Shown here: positions 45,746 to 54,948 of the stretch, piece by piece | How the letters are laid out: every line of letters starts with the position of its first letter | How positions within the stretch are numbered: position 1 is the stretch's first letter | Assembly (NCBI GenBank): GCA_964350165.1 | Contig: CAYGJA010000001.1 | Location: 248,377 to 312,376, forward strand | Origin: an uncultured Candidatus Saccharibacteria bacterium | GTDB lineage: Bacteria; Patescibacteriota; Minisyncoccia; Phycocordibacterales; UBA1006 | DNA: 64,000 nt | Direction of reading: 5' to 3' | Notes under the pieces: generated by a model | Database searches by the model: none | What the model was told of the DNA's origin: nothing | What the model saw: the letters and a program-made list of their open reading frames with translations, nothing else | Program-made: the position numbers and the translations under genes

Positions 45746-46207
45746 TTAGAAAGGAATGTCCTCTGGATCGATATCATCATCGGGATACTCTATGGTTGGT
45801 GTATTTTGTTCCGGAGAACCCTGGTCATCTGAGCCTGAATCATTACCGGCACCTGATTGACTAGGCGCTGAGTCAGATGAACCCTTTTGACCAAATTGTA
45901 CGCGGTCAGCGACGATTTCGGTGCGGTAGTTTTTTTTGCCATCCTGGCCATCCCAGCTTCTGGTTTGAATTCTACCTTCAATAAGGACCTGGCTACCCTT
46001 GGTAAGATATTTGGCTGCATTGTCACCCTGCGGACCAAAGACCACAATATTGTGATAATCGGTTGCTTGTTGACGTTGACCGTTCTGGTCTTTCCAGAAA
46101 CGATTCGTGGCTACGGAGAACGAAGCCACTTTTTGTCCCGAAGGAAGTGATCGTAATTCTGGGTCTCTGGTTAAATTTCCGGCAATAAGAGCTTTGTTAA
46201 GATACAT
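45746..46207 (-). CDS. ssb: Single-stranded DNA-binding protein
   Basis: OB-fold N-terminus (NKALIAGNLTRDPELRSLPSGQKVASFSVATNRFW...), Gly/Ser-rich linker, acidic tip DDDIDPEDIPF. Confidence 0.9.
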   Translation of the reverse strand: MYLNKALIAGNLTRDPELRSLPSGQKVASFSVATNRFWKDQNGQRQQATDYHNIVVFGPQGDNAAKYLTKGSQVLIEGRIQTRSWDGQDGKKNYRTEIVADRVQFGQKGSSDSAPSQSGAGNDSGSDDQGSPEQNTPTIEYPDDDIDPEDIPF

Positions 46208-46247
46208 GTGATGATATCAGTTTAGACGACTAGTGGATAGTTTTATA

Positions 46248-46751
46248 CTACTCTTCACTTACCAGGTCGTCAATTTGCTGGTCGAGTTTTTTTTCATCAA
46301 CCTCTGCCTTGGCTTTCGTCTTGGTGTTAGTCTTTGATTTCTTCCCCTCTTTGTCTTCATCTGTTTTTTCAGTAAGACCAGGAATATCGCCAACCACCGT
46401 GTCTTCACGGACAGTTGAAAGGATGATGTAACGAAGCATGTTTGGATGTTCATCGAGCATTCGCTTCATGTCAGCAATAACTGCTGGCTGAATTGCGAAC
46501 TTTATCCAACCAAAGTAACCCTTATCGAATTCATTACGCTTGTTTTCAATGACCTTGGTCATTGGATAAGCAAGATCAATTAGACGTGGAGCTCCTTCTT
46601 TGATCAGTTCTCCTTCTTTTTCGGTAACGAAGGTTCTGATGAGATTGACCTCTGCGTCCAGATCAGCTTCTCCAACAATAGGAAGAATGTGGTACCCCAC
46701 TTCGTACACGCGGGGTTCTAGACTGTTTGTACTCATAGTTTTTTGAGTCAA
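46248..46751 (-). CDS. rpsF: 30S ribosomal protein S6 with Lys/Glu-rich C-terminal tail
   Basis: YEVGYHILPIV...LIRTFVTEKEGELIKEGAPRLIDLAYPM core. Classic rpsF-ssb-rpsR order. Confidence 0.8.
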   Translation of the reverse strand: MTQKTMSTNSLEPRVYEVGYHILPIVGEADLDAEVNLIRTFVTEKEGELIKEGAPRLIDLAYPMTKVIENKRNEFDKGYFGWIKFAIQPAVIADMKRMLDEHPNMLRYIILSTVREDTVVGDIPGLTEKTDEDKEGKKSKTNTKTKAKAEVDEKKLDQQIDDLVSEE

Positions 46752-46809
46752 TTTATAATCGAGGCCTTATAATAAGGCATCTTTACCCTACGCCAGGAGA
46801 ATCCGTGTG

Positions 46810-47664
46810 TCAAGCCAAAGACGGAAAGAATTTTTTTGTATTACGCAGAAGAATAGCTGTCATTTCGAATTCTTCTATTCCCTTTAGGCGTCCAATCTTG
46901 GCGGCAACCTCGCGCACATATAACGGTTCATTGCGCTGTCCACGGTGTGGATGCGGTGTGACATAGGGACAATCAGTCTCAGCCATAATGCGATCAAGAG
47001 GTACAAATTTGACTAGTTTTTCGTATTGCCGCGCAAAAGTAATCACACCAGTAAAAGAAATGGTGCAGCCCAAATCGAGAAATTTTTTTGCAATCTCCGT
47101 ATCCCCAGCAAAAAAATGAAGGTTGGCTATCAAGTCTCGCTCGAACTGGCTTCGATACGACATCAAAATATCATAGACATCGTAATAGGCGTCCATTGAC
47201 CCCTCACTAGCGCGAACATGAAGCATTAGGGGTAGATTATGAGTTATGGCAAATTCAATCTGGGCGAGAAAGGCTTTTGCTTGTAAAGCTTTTGAATCAG
47301 CGTTGTTACGAAAATAATCAAGGCCCGTCTCACCTACCCCTACAACCTTACCCGTGATTATTGTTTTAAATTTTTCATCATCAAAAGCCTCACCTTTCGT
47401 TTCGAAAGCTTTTGCCCCCTCCCCCAATTCATCAGCATCATGAAAACTAGGCACGGTATGGATGGGATGCAAACCAACGATGGCATAAACGCCTTCATAC
47501 TGCTCGGCTATTTCTACGGCCAAGCGTGATGTTTCAAATTTTGTACCCACATTAATCATTCCTATCCCTGCATTCAAAGAACGCTCGATAACTTCCGTTC
47601 GGTCTTTATCAAAGGCAGAAAAATTTACGTGGGAATGAATATCAAAAAGGTTAATTTCTTTCAT
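46810..47664 (-). CDS. tatD: TatD-family metal-dependent hydrolase (DNase)
   Basis: MKEINLFDIHSHVNF (HxH metal motif), later ...GLHPIH..., ETDCPY. Start at M47664 inside ORF 46810..47682. Confidence 0.8.
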   Translation of the reverse strand: MKEINLFDIHSHVNFSAFDKDRTEVIERSLNAGIGMINVGTKFETSRLAVEIAEQYEGVYAIVGLHPIHTVPSFHDADELGEGAKAFETKGEAFDDEKFKTIITGKVVGVGETGLDYFRNNADSKALQAKAFLAQIEFAITHNLPLMLHVRASEGSMDAYYDVYDILMSYRSQFERDLIANLHFFAGDTEIAKKFLDLGCTISFTGVITFARQYEKLVKFVPLDRIMAETDCPYVTPHPHRGQRNEPLYVREVAAKIGRLKGIEEFEMTAILLRNTKKFFPSLA

Positions 47665-48655
47665 GACGTAATTGCTCAACAATACTAGTGTACATTCTTT
47701 TTACCTTATCGTACTGAAGTTGCCCCAAAGAAGCGTAATGGTGCAGACCAGGGGTGTGTGCGACTTCTAATACCCAGTGTGCAGACATGGGTTCTTGAAT
47801 GGGACTAGCACAAATAATATCTATCCCCACCAAATTGAGATCCAGGGCCTTGGCTACTTTGGCTGCCAGCAAATGATAGTCGGCATGAACCTGATTAGAA
47901 ACATCAATCACGTCACCACCCGTAGACAAATTTGCATTGTCGCGCAGATGAAGCACGGTATCAATTGGCAAGACCGCATCAAGCCGGTAACCCAAACCAT
48001 GAAGACGTTCGGTTATAAAATCCATATGAGGCAAAATAACATCTCCTCGACCTCGCAAGATCTGCTCGGTTCTCTTGTCTTCGAGCAAAGCACCAACAGT
48101 AGACACACCGTCACCAATAACCCGCAACGGTGTTTTTTGATAGGCAGCCTGAAGTTGGCCCCGATACCAAACCAATCGATACTCTTCACCAACAACGCAT
48201 TCTTCTACCAGAACAACGCTACTTGTTTGCAAAACCAAATCAATGGCTCGGCCCAAGTCTCGATGATTGTGAACCTTGTATACGCTTCTCCCCTGAAAAC
48301 CCCTGTTGGGCTTCACTATTACTGGAAACAGATTTTCGTCTTCATAGAAAGCCATGGCTGCTTCTTTGGTGTCAGTCAAATCATAAGCAAGGCACCAATC
48401 TTCAGAGAAAATAACCTTACCAAAAGGAACTGACACCCCTGATCTTTCTAGAAAAAACTTGGTAAAAGCTTTGTCGACAGCACCAACCCGAGAAGCCGCG
48501 CCGTTGATATTAAGAGTTGAGGAATGAAACAATGTCGATGTCCCATTCGGAAAAGTAATGCGACACATGGAGGGCTGGGAGAAATGTCGCTCCAAAGAAT
48601 AACCTTGTTCTTCACAAATATTCCGCAATAATTCGGTTGTCCATGATGGCTCCAT
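47651..48655 (-). CDS. ATP-grasp domain protein (RimK/cyanophycin-synthetase-like ligase)
   Basis: FPVIVKPNRGFQGRSVYKV (ATP-binding lysine), VLVEECVVGEEYRLVWYRGQ, and C-terminal metal-binding region (IDIICASP) fit the ATP-grasp pattern. Substrate unknown. Confidence 0.5.
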   Translation of the reverse strand: MEPSWTTELLRNICEEQGYSLERHFSQPSMCRITFPNGTSTLFHSSTLNINGAASRVGAVDKAFTKFFLERSGVSVPFGKVIFSEDWCLAYDLTDTKEAAMAFYEDENLFPVIVKPNRGFQGRSVYKVHNHRDLGRAIDLVLQTSSVVLVEECVVGEEYRLVWYRGQLQAAYQKTPLRVIGDGVSTVGALLEDKRTEQILRGRGDVILPHMDFITERLHGLGYRLDAVLPIDTVLHLRDNANLSTGGDVIDVSNQVHADYHLLAAKVAKALDLNLVGIDIICASPIQEPMSAHWVLEVAHTPGLHHYASLGQLQYDKVKRMYTSIVEQLRHERN

Positions 48656-48675
48656 ATTTTTATGATGGGGCCACT

Positions 48676-49731
48676 CTACTTTGGTTGCTTGTGAGATGCA
48701 AGCTTTATTTTTTCGTAATCAGATAGTAGCTCCAGCATGAGCACCGCGGCCGGTATGCTTAGGAACAAACCCGAAAATCCAAACAACTTGACCCCGAAAA
48801 CAAGCGACAACAAAACAATAATCGAAGGCACTCCCGTGGCCCGCTGAATAATCAGTGGTTGGAAAAGATAATTCTCAAACTGTTGAATAATAATAAAAAG
48901 ACCTAGCACATAGAGCGTCATAGGAATTCCGCCGGCAGCATAGGCAATCAAAGCTGCAGGAATACCGGCAATAACATTTCCAAATGGAATAAGTGCAAAC
49001 ACCCCAGACAATAGCGATAACAATAATGCATAAGGAACCCCAATCAAGAGAAGACCCAAATACGTAAGCACGCCAATAATTAAAGCCAGCAAAAGTTGCC
49101 CCTGGAACCACAGTCCTATTTTTTTTCGAGTACGTCGCCAAACATCAATGACGTATTTCTCGTGATGATACGGGGTTACGATTCTCAAAAACTGCTCAAT
49201 TCCACGCTCCTGCACCGAGAGGTAAAAAGAAATAACCAGAATAAGGAGCAGGTTGATAATTCCACCAAACACCGAAGAAGTGCTTTGCAAGAAACCACCA
49301 GAAGAAGACTGGTATAGATCCCTGAATTGACCAATCACCGCCACAGGGTCTCCACTGGCCAAAGATCCACCACTCGAAAAAGCACCAAACAAAGCCGCGA
49401 TAGTAGAGTCAGGAGGCAGTAATGCTAATACCCCTGAAAGTTCTTCAAAAAAGATAGGCAAAAACATATAGGCGATTCCACCAAATACACCAATAGTAAT
49501 CGCGTAAATAGACAGTACTGATATTGTTCTAGGGATTTTTTTTACCTGTAGCCATTCGGTCATACCCTCGATAAACGAAGCCAAAACCACTGCCACCAGA
49601 AGAACCAGCACAAAACTGCGCACCATCCAAAAACCATACAAAAGAACCACAATCGAAACCAGCGGCAATAAGCCGGCAATGCTTGTTTTGATATGTAGCG
49701 TCTTGTTTTCTTGATTAGAAGAAGGTTCCAT
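48676..49731 (-). CDS. AI-2E family transporter (PerM/UPF0118)
   Basis: 351 aa, about 8 TM helices with characteristic architecture (LLLVAVVLASFIEGMTEWL...IIQQFENYLFQPLII). Confidence 0.7.
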   Translation of the reverse strand: MEPSSNQENKTLHIKTSIAGLLPLVSIVVLLYGFWMVRSFVLVLLVAVVLASFIEGMTEWLQVKKIPRTISVLSIYAITIGVFGGIAYMFLPIFFEELSGVLALLPPDSTIAALFGAFSSGGSLASGDPVAVIGQFRDLYQSSSGGFLQSTSSVFGGIINLLLILVISFYLSVQERGIEQFLRIVTPYHHEKYVIDVWRRTRKKIGLWFQGQLLLALIIGVLTYLGLLLIGVPYALLLSLLSGVFALIPFGNVIAGIPAALIAYAAGGIPMTLYVLGLFIIIQQFENYLFQPLIIQRATGVPSIIVLLSLVFGVKLFGFSGLFLSIPAAVLMLELLSDYEKIKLASHKQPK

Positions 49732-49754
49732 ATCTCAATCCTAGCACAGGATTG

Positions 49755-51026
49755 CTATATGAATTTTTTTATCACTTTTGTGAACTGGACATCGCTTTTG
49801 TGAGGACCAACTATCGATAGCACCATGTTTTTGGGTTGAAAAATCTGCTGAGCCACCATTTGGATATCTTCGGCGGTAATGGCTCTAATTTTTTCATCAA
49901 AAGCCTGTGGAGTAAGAACTGCTTCTTGGAAAAGAGCCTGTGTTCCCAAAAACATTGCCAGAGAGCTTGATGATTCTAGGTCAAGCGCTAGATTTCCCAA
50001 AATATACTCTTTGGCTTTGTCCAGCTCCCCTAGCCAAACAAGATCGTCTCTTATTTTTTGTGCTTCTTCTAAAAGGGCTTCTATCACTTCGACCGGGCGT
50101 TTTTTGTCTACTCCAGCGTACAAGGTTAATGCTCCATGGTCGCTATTTATTTCTGGATACGCACCAACATAATAAGCAACCCCCATTTCTTCTCGCAATC
50201 GAGCAAACAATCGAGAACTCATGTTGCCCCCTAATATATTAGCCAGTACTCGCAAAGACAAAGCGTCTTTGTGATCTCGACCAAAAGCCTTAAAGCCGAG
50301 CATCAAATGCGTTTGTTCTGTTTTTTTATAAAAAACTTTTACTTGCGGTTCGGTCTGTTTTGTTTTACTGCTCGGTGCTTTTTTTGGTTTTCGAGAAGCA
50401 ATATCTTTAAAATTATCAGCAATTAATCGATACACTTCTTGTTTTTCTACTGCCCCCGATACCACAATCACCGTATTGCCCCCCTGATACTGACGATGAA
50501 AATTCTGCAGATCAGATCGAGAAAAATCACGAACCGATTCGACTGTACCAGCAATTGGCCTTCCTGCCGGAACTTCAGGATACATGGCGCCCAAATATTG
50601 TTCATGCACAATCGACTGAGGGTCGTCATTCATCATCCTGATTTCTTCTATTACCACCCCCTTTTCTTTTTGCATTTCTTCTTCTGGAAAAGTTGAGTTG
50701 AGATAAATGTCAGCAATAATATCCACAGCGCGAGCCAGATGATCTTTTTTGATGGTTACGTAATAACCGGTTTTTTCATGACCAGTAAAGGCATTGTATT
50801 GTGCCCCCAAACCATCAAGCTCAGAAACAATATCCATTGCTCGCGGACGACGCTTGGTACCCTTGAAACACATGTGCTCCAAAAAATGAGCCAACCCATA
50901 CTGTCCCGGTTTTTCGTGATCAGAACCAACTCCAATAAGTATCAGAATGGTTGCAGCTTGAGTGTCTTCTCTTGGGGCCACGAACAAACGCAACCCAGAA
51001 TCATACTCCTGATAGTGAAATTTCAT
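49755..51026 (-). CDS. M16-family zinc peptidase (pitrilysin/insulinase-like)
   Basis: Inverted zincin motif HFLEHMCFKGT (HxxEH) and downstream E. 423 aa. Confidence 0.85.
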   Translation of the reverse strand: MKFHYQEYDSGLRLFVAPREDTQAATILILIGVGSDHEKPGQYGLAHFLEHMCFKGTKRRPRAMDIVSELDGLGAQYNAFTGHEKTGYYVTIKKDHLARAVDIIADIYLNSTFPEEEMQKEKGVVIEEIRMMNDDPQSIVHEQYLGAMYPEVPAGRPIAGTVESVRDFSRSDLQNFHRQYQGGNTVIVVSGAVEKQEVYRLIADNFKDIASRKPKKAPSSKTKQTEPQVKVFYKKTEQTHLMLGFKAFGRDHKDALSLRVLANILGGNMSSRLFARLREEMGVAYYVGAYPEINSDHGALTLYAGVDKKRPVEVIEALLEEAQKIRDDLVWLGELDKAKEYILGNLALDLESSSSLAMFLGTQALFQEAVLTPQAFDEKIRAITAEDIQMVAQQIFQPKNMVLSIVGPHKSDVQFTKVIKKFI

Positions 51027-51035
51027 AATAACAAA

Positions 51036-52406
51036 CTAGATTGTTAATTTTTCAACAAAATACTCTTCCAGCTCAGACAATTTTACTCGCTCCTGATTCA
51101 TGCTGTCTCGATGACGAACAGTAACGGCTCCATCCTCCAGAGACTCAAAGTCAAATACCACACAAAAAGGCGTACCGATTTCGTCTTGTCTTCGATATCG
51201 TTTCCCTATATTTCCGTTATCATCCCAAAGCACGGCTCCAAAGCGAGCTTTTAGGTTACGGAACACCCCTTCGGCCCCCTCTACCAAATCAGACTTGTTT
51301 TTCAACAGTGGAGAGACGGCAATTTTGTACGGAGCCACATGAGGAGGAAAAGCCAGGTACACCCGCTCTTCGCCTTTTTCGTCTAGCTCGGTTCGATATA
51401 CGCTTTCCAAAATAGCCAAAATCGTACGATCTAGCCCCATAGAAGGCTCGATCACGTGCGGAGTGATTAACTGATTGGTTTCTGGGTCTTCAATCTGAAG
51501 TTTTGTTTTACTTTTTTCGGCGTGCTTGGTCAAATCATAGTTTGTTCGATACGCCAAACCATAGAGTTCTTTTTGGCCAAATGAATAATCAAATTCAAAA
51601 TCTATTGTGCGCTTGGAATAATGAGCTCGGTCTTCCTCGCCAACCTCTACTTCATGAACCTTGTTCATATCAACCCCAATCCACTCGAGCCATTCGAGCA
51701 TTTCGTCTTTCCAATATTGAAAGTATTTTTCCCAATCACGTTCGGCAATAAAATACTCTATTTCCATTTGTTCAAATTCGCGAACCCTAAAAATAAAATC
51801 CCGAGGTGTTATTTCGTTTCGAAAGGCTTTTCCAATTTGAGCAATTCCGAACGGAAGCTTGGGACGAATGGTATCTACTACGTTTTTAAAGTTTACAAAA
51901 ATCCCCTGGGCGGTTTCGGGACGCAAATACGTCGTGTTTGAGGTATCAGCCACTGCGCCAATCTGAGTGGCGAACATCATGTTGAACGTTCTCACCTCTC
52001 CCAGCTTGTTTCCTTCGGGCGACAAAATTCCTTTTTCCTGTATAGCCTGACTCATAGCTACAATATCCATCCCCAGAGGGTCAACACCATTCTCTTCGAG
52101 CAAGTGATCGGCTCGATAACGCTTTTTTGTTTTTAAGTCTTCTACTAAAGGATCAACAAAACCAGCCACGTGACCGCTAGCCTCCCAAACGCTGGGGTTC
52201 ATCAACAAAGCAGCATCTAGTAACTGCATGTCGATTCGAGTATCAACAAATTTTTGCAACCATAAATTTTTAATATTATTTTTCAACCGAGAACCCAAAG
52301 GGCCATAGTCATAGGTTCCCCCCAATCCTCCATAAATATCCGATCCTGCAAAAATAAAACCTCTTCGTTTCGCCAATGAAACAATATTCTGTATCTGTTC
52401 ACTCAT
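51036..52406 (-). CDS. glyS: Glycine--tRNA ligase (class II, alpha2 homodimeric type)
   Basis: N-term QNIVSLAKRRGFIFAGSDIYGGLGGTYDYGPLGSRLKNNIKNLW is characteristic of alpha2 GlyRS. Class II motifs and C-terminal anticodon-binding domain. 456 aa. Confidence 0.9.
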   Translation of the reverse strand: MSEQIQNIVSLAKRRGFIFAGSDIYGGLGGTYDYGPLGSRLKNNIKNLWLQKFVDTRIDMQLLDAALLMNPSVWEASGHVAGFVDPLVEDLKTKKRYRADHLLEENGVDPLGMDIVAMSQAIQEKGILSPEGNKLGEVRTFNMMFATQIGAVADTSNTTYLRPETAQGIFVNFKNVVDTIRPKLPFGIAQIGKAFRNEITPRDFIFRVREFEQMEIEYFIAERDWEKYFQYWKDEMLEWLEWIGVDMNKVHEVEVGEEDRAHYSKRTIDFEFDYSFGQKELYGLAYRTNYDLTKHAEKSKTKLQIEDPETNQLITPHVIEPSMGLDRTILAILESVYRTELDEKGEERVYLAFPPHVAPYKIAVSPLLKNKSDLVEGAEGVFRNLKARFGAVLWDDNGNIGKRYRRQDEIGTPFCVVFDFESLEDGAVTVRHRDSMNQERVKLSELEEYFVEKLTI

Positions 52407-52433
52407 ATGTTGTATTGTATACCACCCAAAAGC

Positions 52434-54377
52434 CTACTCTACAATACGCCCACCTGACTGACTGGTGTTGGCACCATCATTGAGTAACCTAGTAGTAGCG
52501 GCCCTGGCCTGGGTCGACAATTCGCGCTTGGTATAAGCATCAATACCAGTAGCACTAACACGCGACGTCAAATCTGCGGTTTCTCCAATCTGACTCAATG
52601 ATGGGGTGATGCTTACTTGGAAATAGGCTGTCTTGCCTGCACCACCAAAACCAGCTCCAGGATTAATTGCTCCAACATCCCAAATAACCGTTCTTGAAGT
52701 TGGCTCGTAACGAATATTTTCGCTAGCTGGCGACGTCTGACCTGCCCACTCGACATAAGGTGGCAAGGTGGCTGTAATACGCCCCCTCTCAACTGCATTA
52801 GAAGAATTTGTGACAGTCCATTTGACAGTATAATCTGTGGCTCGACCAACTTGTGGTGGCACGGCGCCAGTATTATCAAAAGGCCCAGTATAGTGCAGTG
52901 ATTCTGCCAAAACGTCCAGCACGGTTCCGATTTGAATTTTTATGGTGTCAGTCTGTTCGGCTGTTCGCAATTGCCCACTAGCATCAACCCCTTTCACACC
53001 AACTCGCAAATTAACCTCAGGACTACCAAAACCAACTCCGCTAAGCAGTCGCGGTGTCAACGTAAACCGCACCGTTCCTGATTCTCCTGGTTCAACCACA
53101 GCCAACGAATCGAGGGTTTCTTTGCTCCAAATAATGCGACTATCAGAAGAACTATAAAAACCAGATTGTGGCTCGACGGCTTCTTTATCAAAAGCTCCTC
53201 CCGACATAAACAGCAAAATCTCCGGGCTCTTGATTGCTTCATCAAGAGTATTCTTCCACTCAATCGTTCCCGAGATTTTCTGCCCGGCAACCACCGACAC
53301 AGTGTCGTCGCTGGAACGATTAACAAAAATATTAGCCTGCAAAAACGGCTGGACAATATCAACAGTCTTGCTCAAAGAATTAAAAACAGTAGCAATAGCG
53401 CCGTTTTGGCTAGAACTGCCAGAACCAACATAAGCCCTAATTGTCTTGGACTGCCCTTCTTGGCCACTCAAAATCCCCGTAATGGTAATTGTTTTTTCTT
53501 CAAGTGGATCAAGTGTTCCAAGCAACCAGGTGTCATTGCCAAACAAAGAAATCGGTGTTGCTTTTGTTACATTAAATCCAGGTGGCAAATCCAGTTGCAA
53601 CACAAGGTTTGGAAGAGGGTCTTCTGATTGAGATATGACAGAAAAAGTATAGGTCTCTTCTTGGCTTCCTATTATTTCATCTCTAGATTCCAAAACAATA
53701 TCAACTGGCGTAGATCGCAAGGTCACCAAAGAGCCTTGTCGTTTTTCAAACGTAGCGTTAGAGCCTTCCACCTGATACTGAAAGATTGTTTCTAAAGGGT
53801 TTTGTGTGCCCTGTTCGCCGTAAAGCACAACGGTAAATTCGGCTGTTTTTGTTTCCCCTGGCCGAAGCGTATCAAGCGGGTAATCCAATCTTCCCACTCC
53901 GTTCTCGTTCAGAGCGGTAACGCTTGGATATTCCAGCACCACGTTGGTAAACACCAAAGGGGCGTTGTTTTTGTTTGTTACATCTATAGATACCTGTAAT
54001 TCCTCTCCGCCATCAACAAAAGCCACATGATCAAATACGACCTCGATATTCTGGCTCGAAACGGTATTTTTGTTCTGATAAAAAGTAACAAAAGCAAAAC
54101 CAGCAGAAAACAAAAATATCAAGAAAGAGAACAAAAATATTTTTTGCCCTAATGAAAATCTTCCTAATGCTGTTTTTTTGCGTTTTTTCATCTCAGTATC
54201 GGCAGTATTCCTGGGTTGTCCCCAACGAGAAGGAACTTCTACCCGCTGAGGCCTTAGATAAGACCTGCCCCTAATTTTTACCCCGGTGGCTCCTGGCTGG
54301 TACAAATCCTGCCGCAGAGACTCAACCGAAGACTCTTCTTCTCTTTCGGGGTTTGGGTTAGCCTTCTTTCCTACCAT
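52434..54377 (-). CDS. Hypothetical type-II membrane protein with large extracytoplasmic beta-rich domain
   Basis: About 85-aa basic cytoplasmic N-terminus, one TM (IFLFSFLIFLFSAGFAFVTF), about 540-aa extracellular region with repeated Ig-like/DUF11-like segments. Confidence 0.45.
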   Translation of the reverse strand: MVGKKANPNPEREEESSVESLRQDLYQPGATGVKIRGRSYLRPQRVEVPSRWGQPRNTADTEMKKRKKTALGRFSLGQKIFLFSFLIFLFSAGFAFVTFYQNKNTVSSQNIEVVFDHVAFVDGGEELQVSIDVTNKNNAPLVFTNVVLEYPSVTALNENGVGRLDYPLDTLRPGETKTAEFTVVLYGEQGTQNPLETIFQYQVEGSNATFEKRQGSLVTLRSTPVDIVLESRDEIIGSQEETYTFSVISQSEDPLPNLVLQLDLPPGFNVTKATPISLFGNDTWLLGTLDPLEEKTITITGILSGQEGQSKTIRAYVGSGSSSQNGAIATVFNSLSKTVDIVQPFLQANIFVNRSSDDTVSVVAGQKISGTIEWKNTLDEAIKSPEILLFMSGGAFDKEAVEPQSGFYSSSDSRIIWSKETLDSLAVVEPGESGTVRFTLTPRLLSGVGFGSPEVNLRVGVKGVDASGQLRTAEQTDTIKIQIGTVLDVLAESLHYTGPFDNTGAVPPQVGRATDYTVKWTVTNSSNAVERGRITATLPPYVEWAGQTSPASENIRYEPTSRTVIWDVGAINPGAGFGGAGKTAYFQVSITPSLSQIGETADLTSRVSATGIDAYTKRELSTQARAATTRLLNDGANTSQSGGRIVE

Positions 54378-54398
54378 AACACTTTTAGTATAACGCTT

Positions 54399-54947
54399 TT
54401 ATTCATAAGCCGCCTCCAGACTCTGATTAACAACCTGGACAAAATCTCGTGGCGGAACACCAGCCTCGATTGTTTTCTTTACCGACAGCTCCCCGCGCCA
54501 CCAACCGAGTACCTCTAGCATTTCGGCTACGATTCTTGCTTCCACCAAAGAAGCTTCTTTGGTGGAAGCAAGAGAATCGCTATTCTGAAACATTTTTTCT
54601 AACAACTCAAACAAAATCACCTCTGGCTGTTCAATCGGCGTCAAATCACCAATGATTCTAATCACTCTTCCCCACAGAGATTCCCGAACCAGATCTTGTT
54701 TCGTCCACCAGCTTTTTAACTGGGAACTTCCTGTAAGCCTCCACCCATGTCTTCCCCGGACCACGTCAATTTGGACCAAGGACAAGGGTTGTAGGTTTTT
54801 GCGATGCTTGGCAGAAAGCTTGCGAACACTTTTTGCTTGCACGTACACCTTGCCCATTTCCTGGGTATACACCAAAAAACTACTGTCATCTTCGGCCTGA
54901 TGATACTCCCTCAAGACAATGCCTCGAAGCGAAACAACAGAATACAT
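54399..54947 (-). CDS. recO: DNA repair protein RecO-like (short form)
   Basis: N-terminal OB-fold aligns with RecO (GIVLREYHQAEDDSSFLVYTQEMGKVYVQAKSVRKLSAKHRKNLQPLSLVQIDV vs E. coli [52 protein letters not shown]). Lacks C-terminal zinc finger. Confidence 0.55.
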   Translation of the reverse strand: MYSVVSLRGIVLREYHQAEDDSSFLVYTQEMGKVYVQAKSVRKLSAKHRKNLQPLSLVQIDVVRGRHGWRLTGSSQLKSWWTKQDLVRESLWGRVIRIIGDLTPIEQPEVILFELLEKMFQNSDSLASTKEASLVEARIVAEMLEVLGWWRGELSVKKTIEAGVPPRDFVQVVNQSLEAAYE

Positions 54948-54948
54948 G

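Noticed and set aside
46810-47664. TatD as evidence for a Tat export pathway
   Set aside because: TatD is a cytoplasmic metal-dependent DNase unrelated to Tat translocation, so it says nothing about whether a Tat pathway exists.
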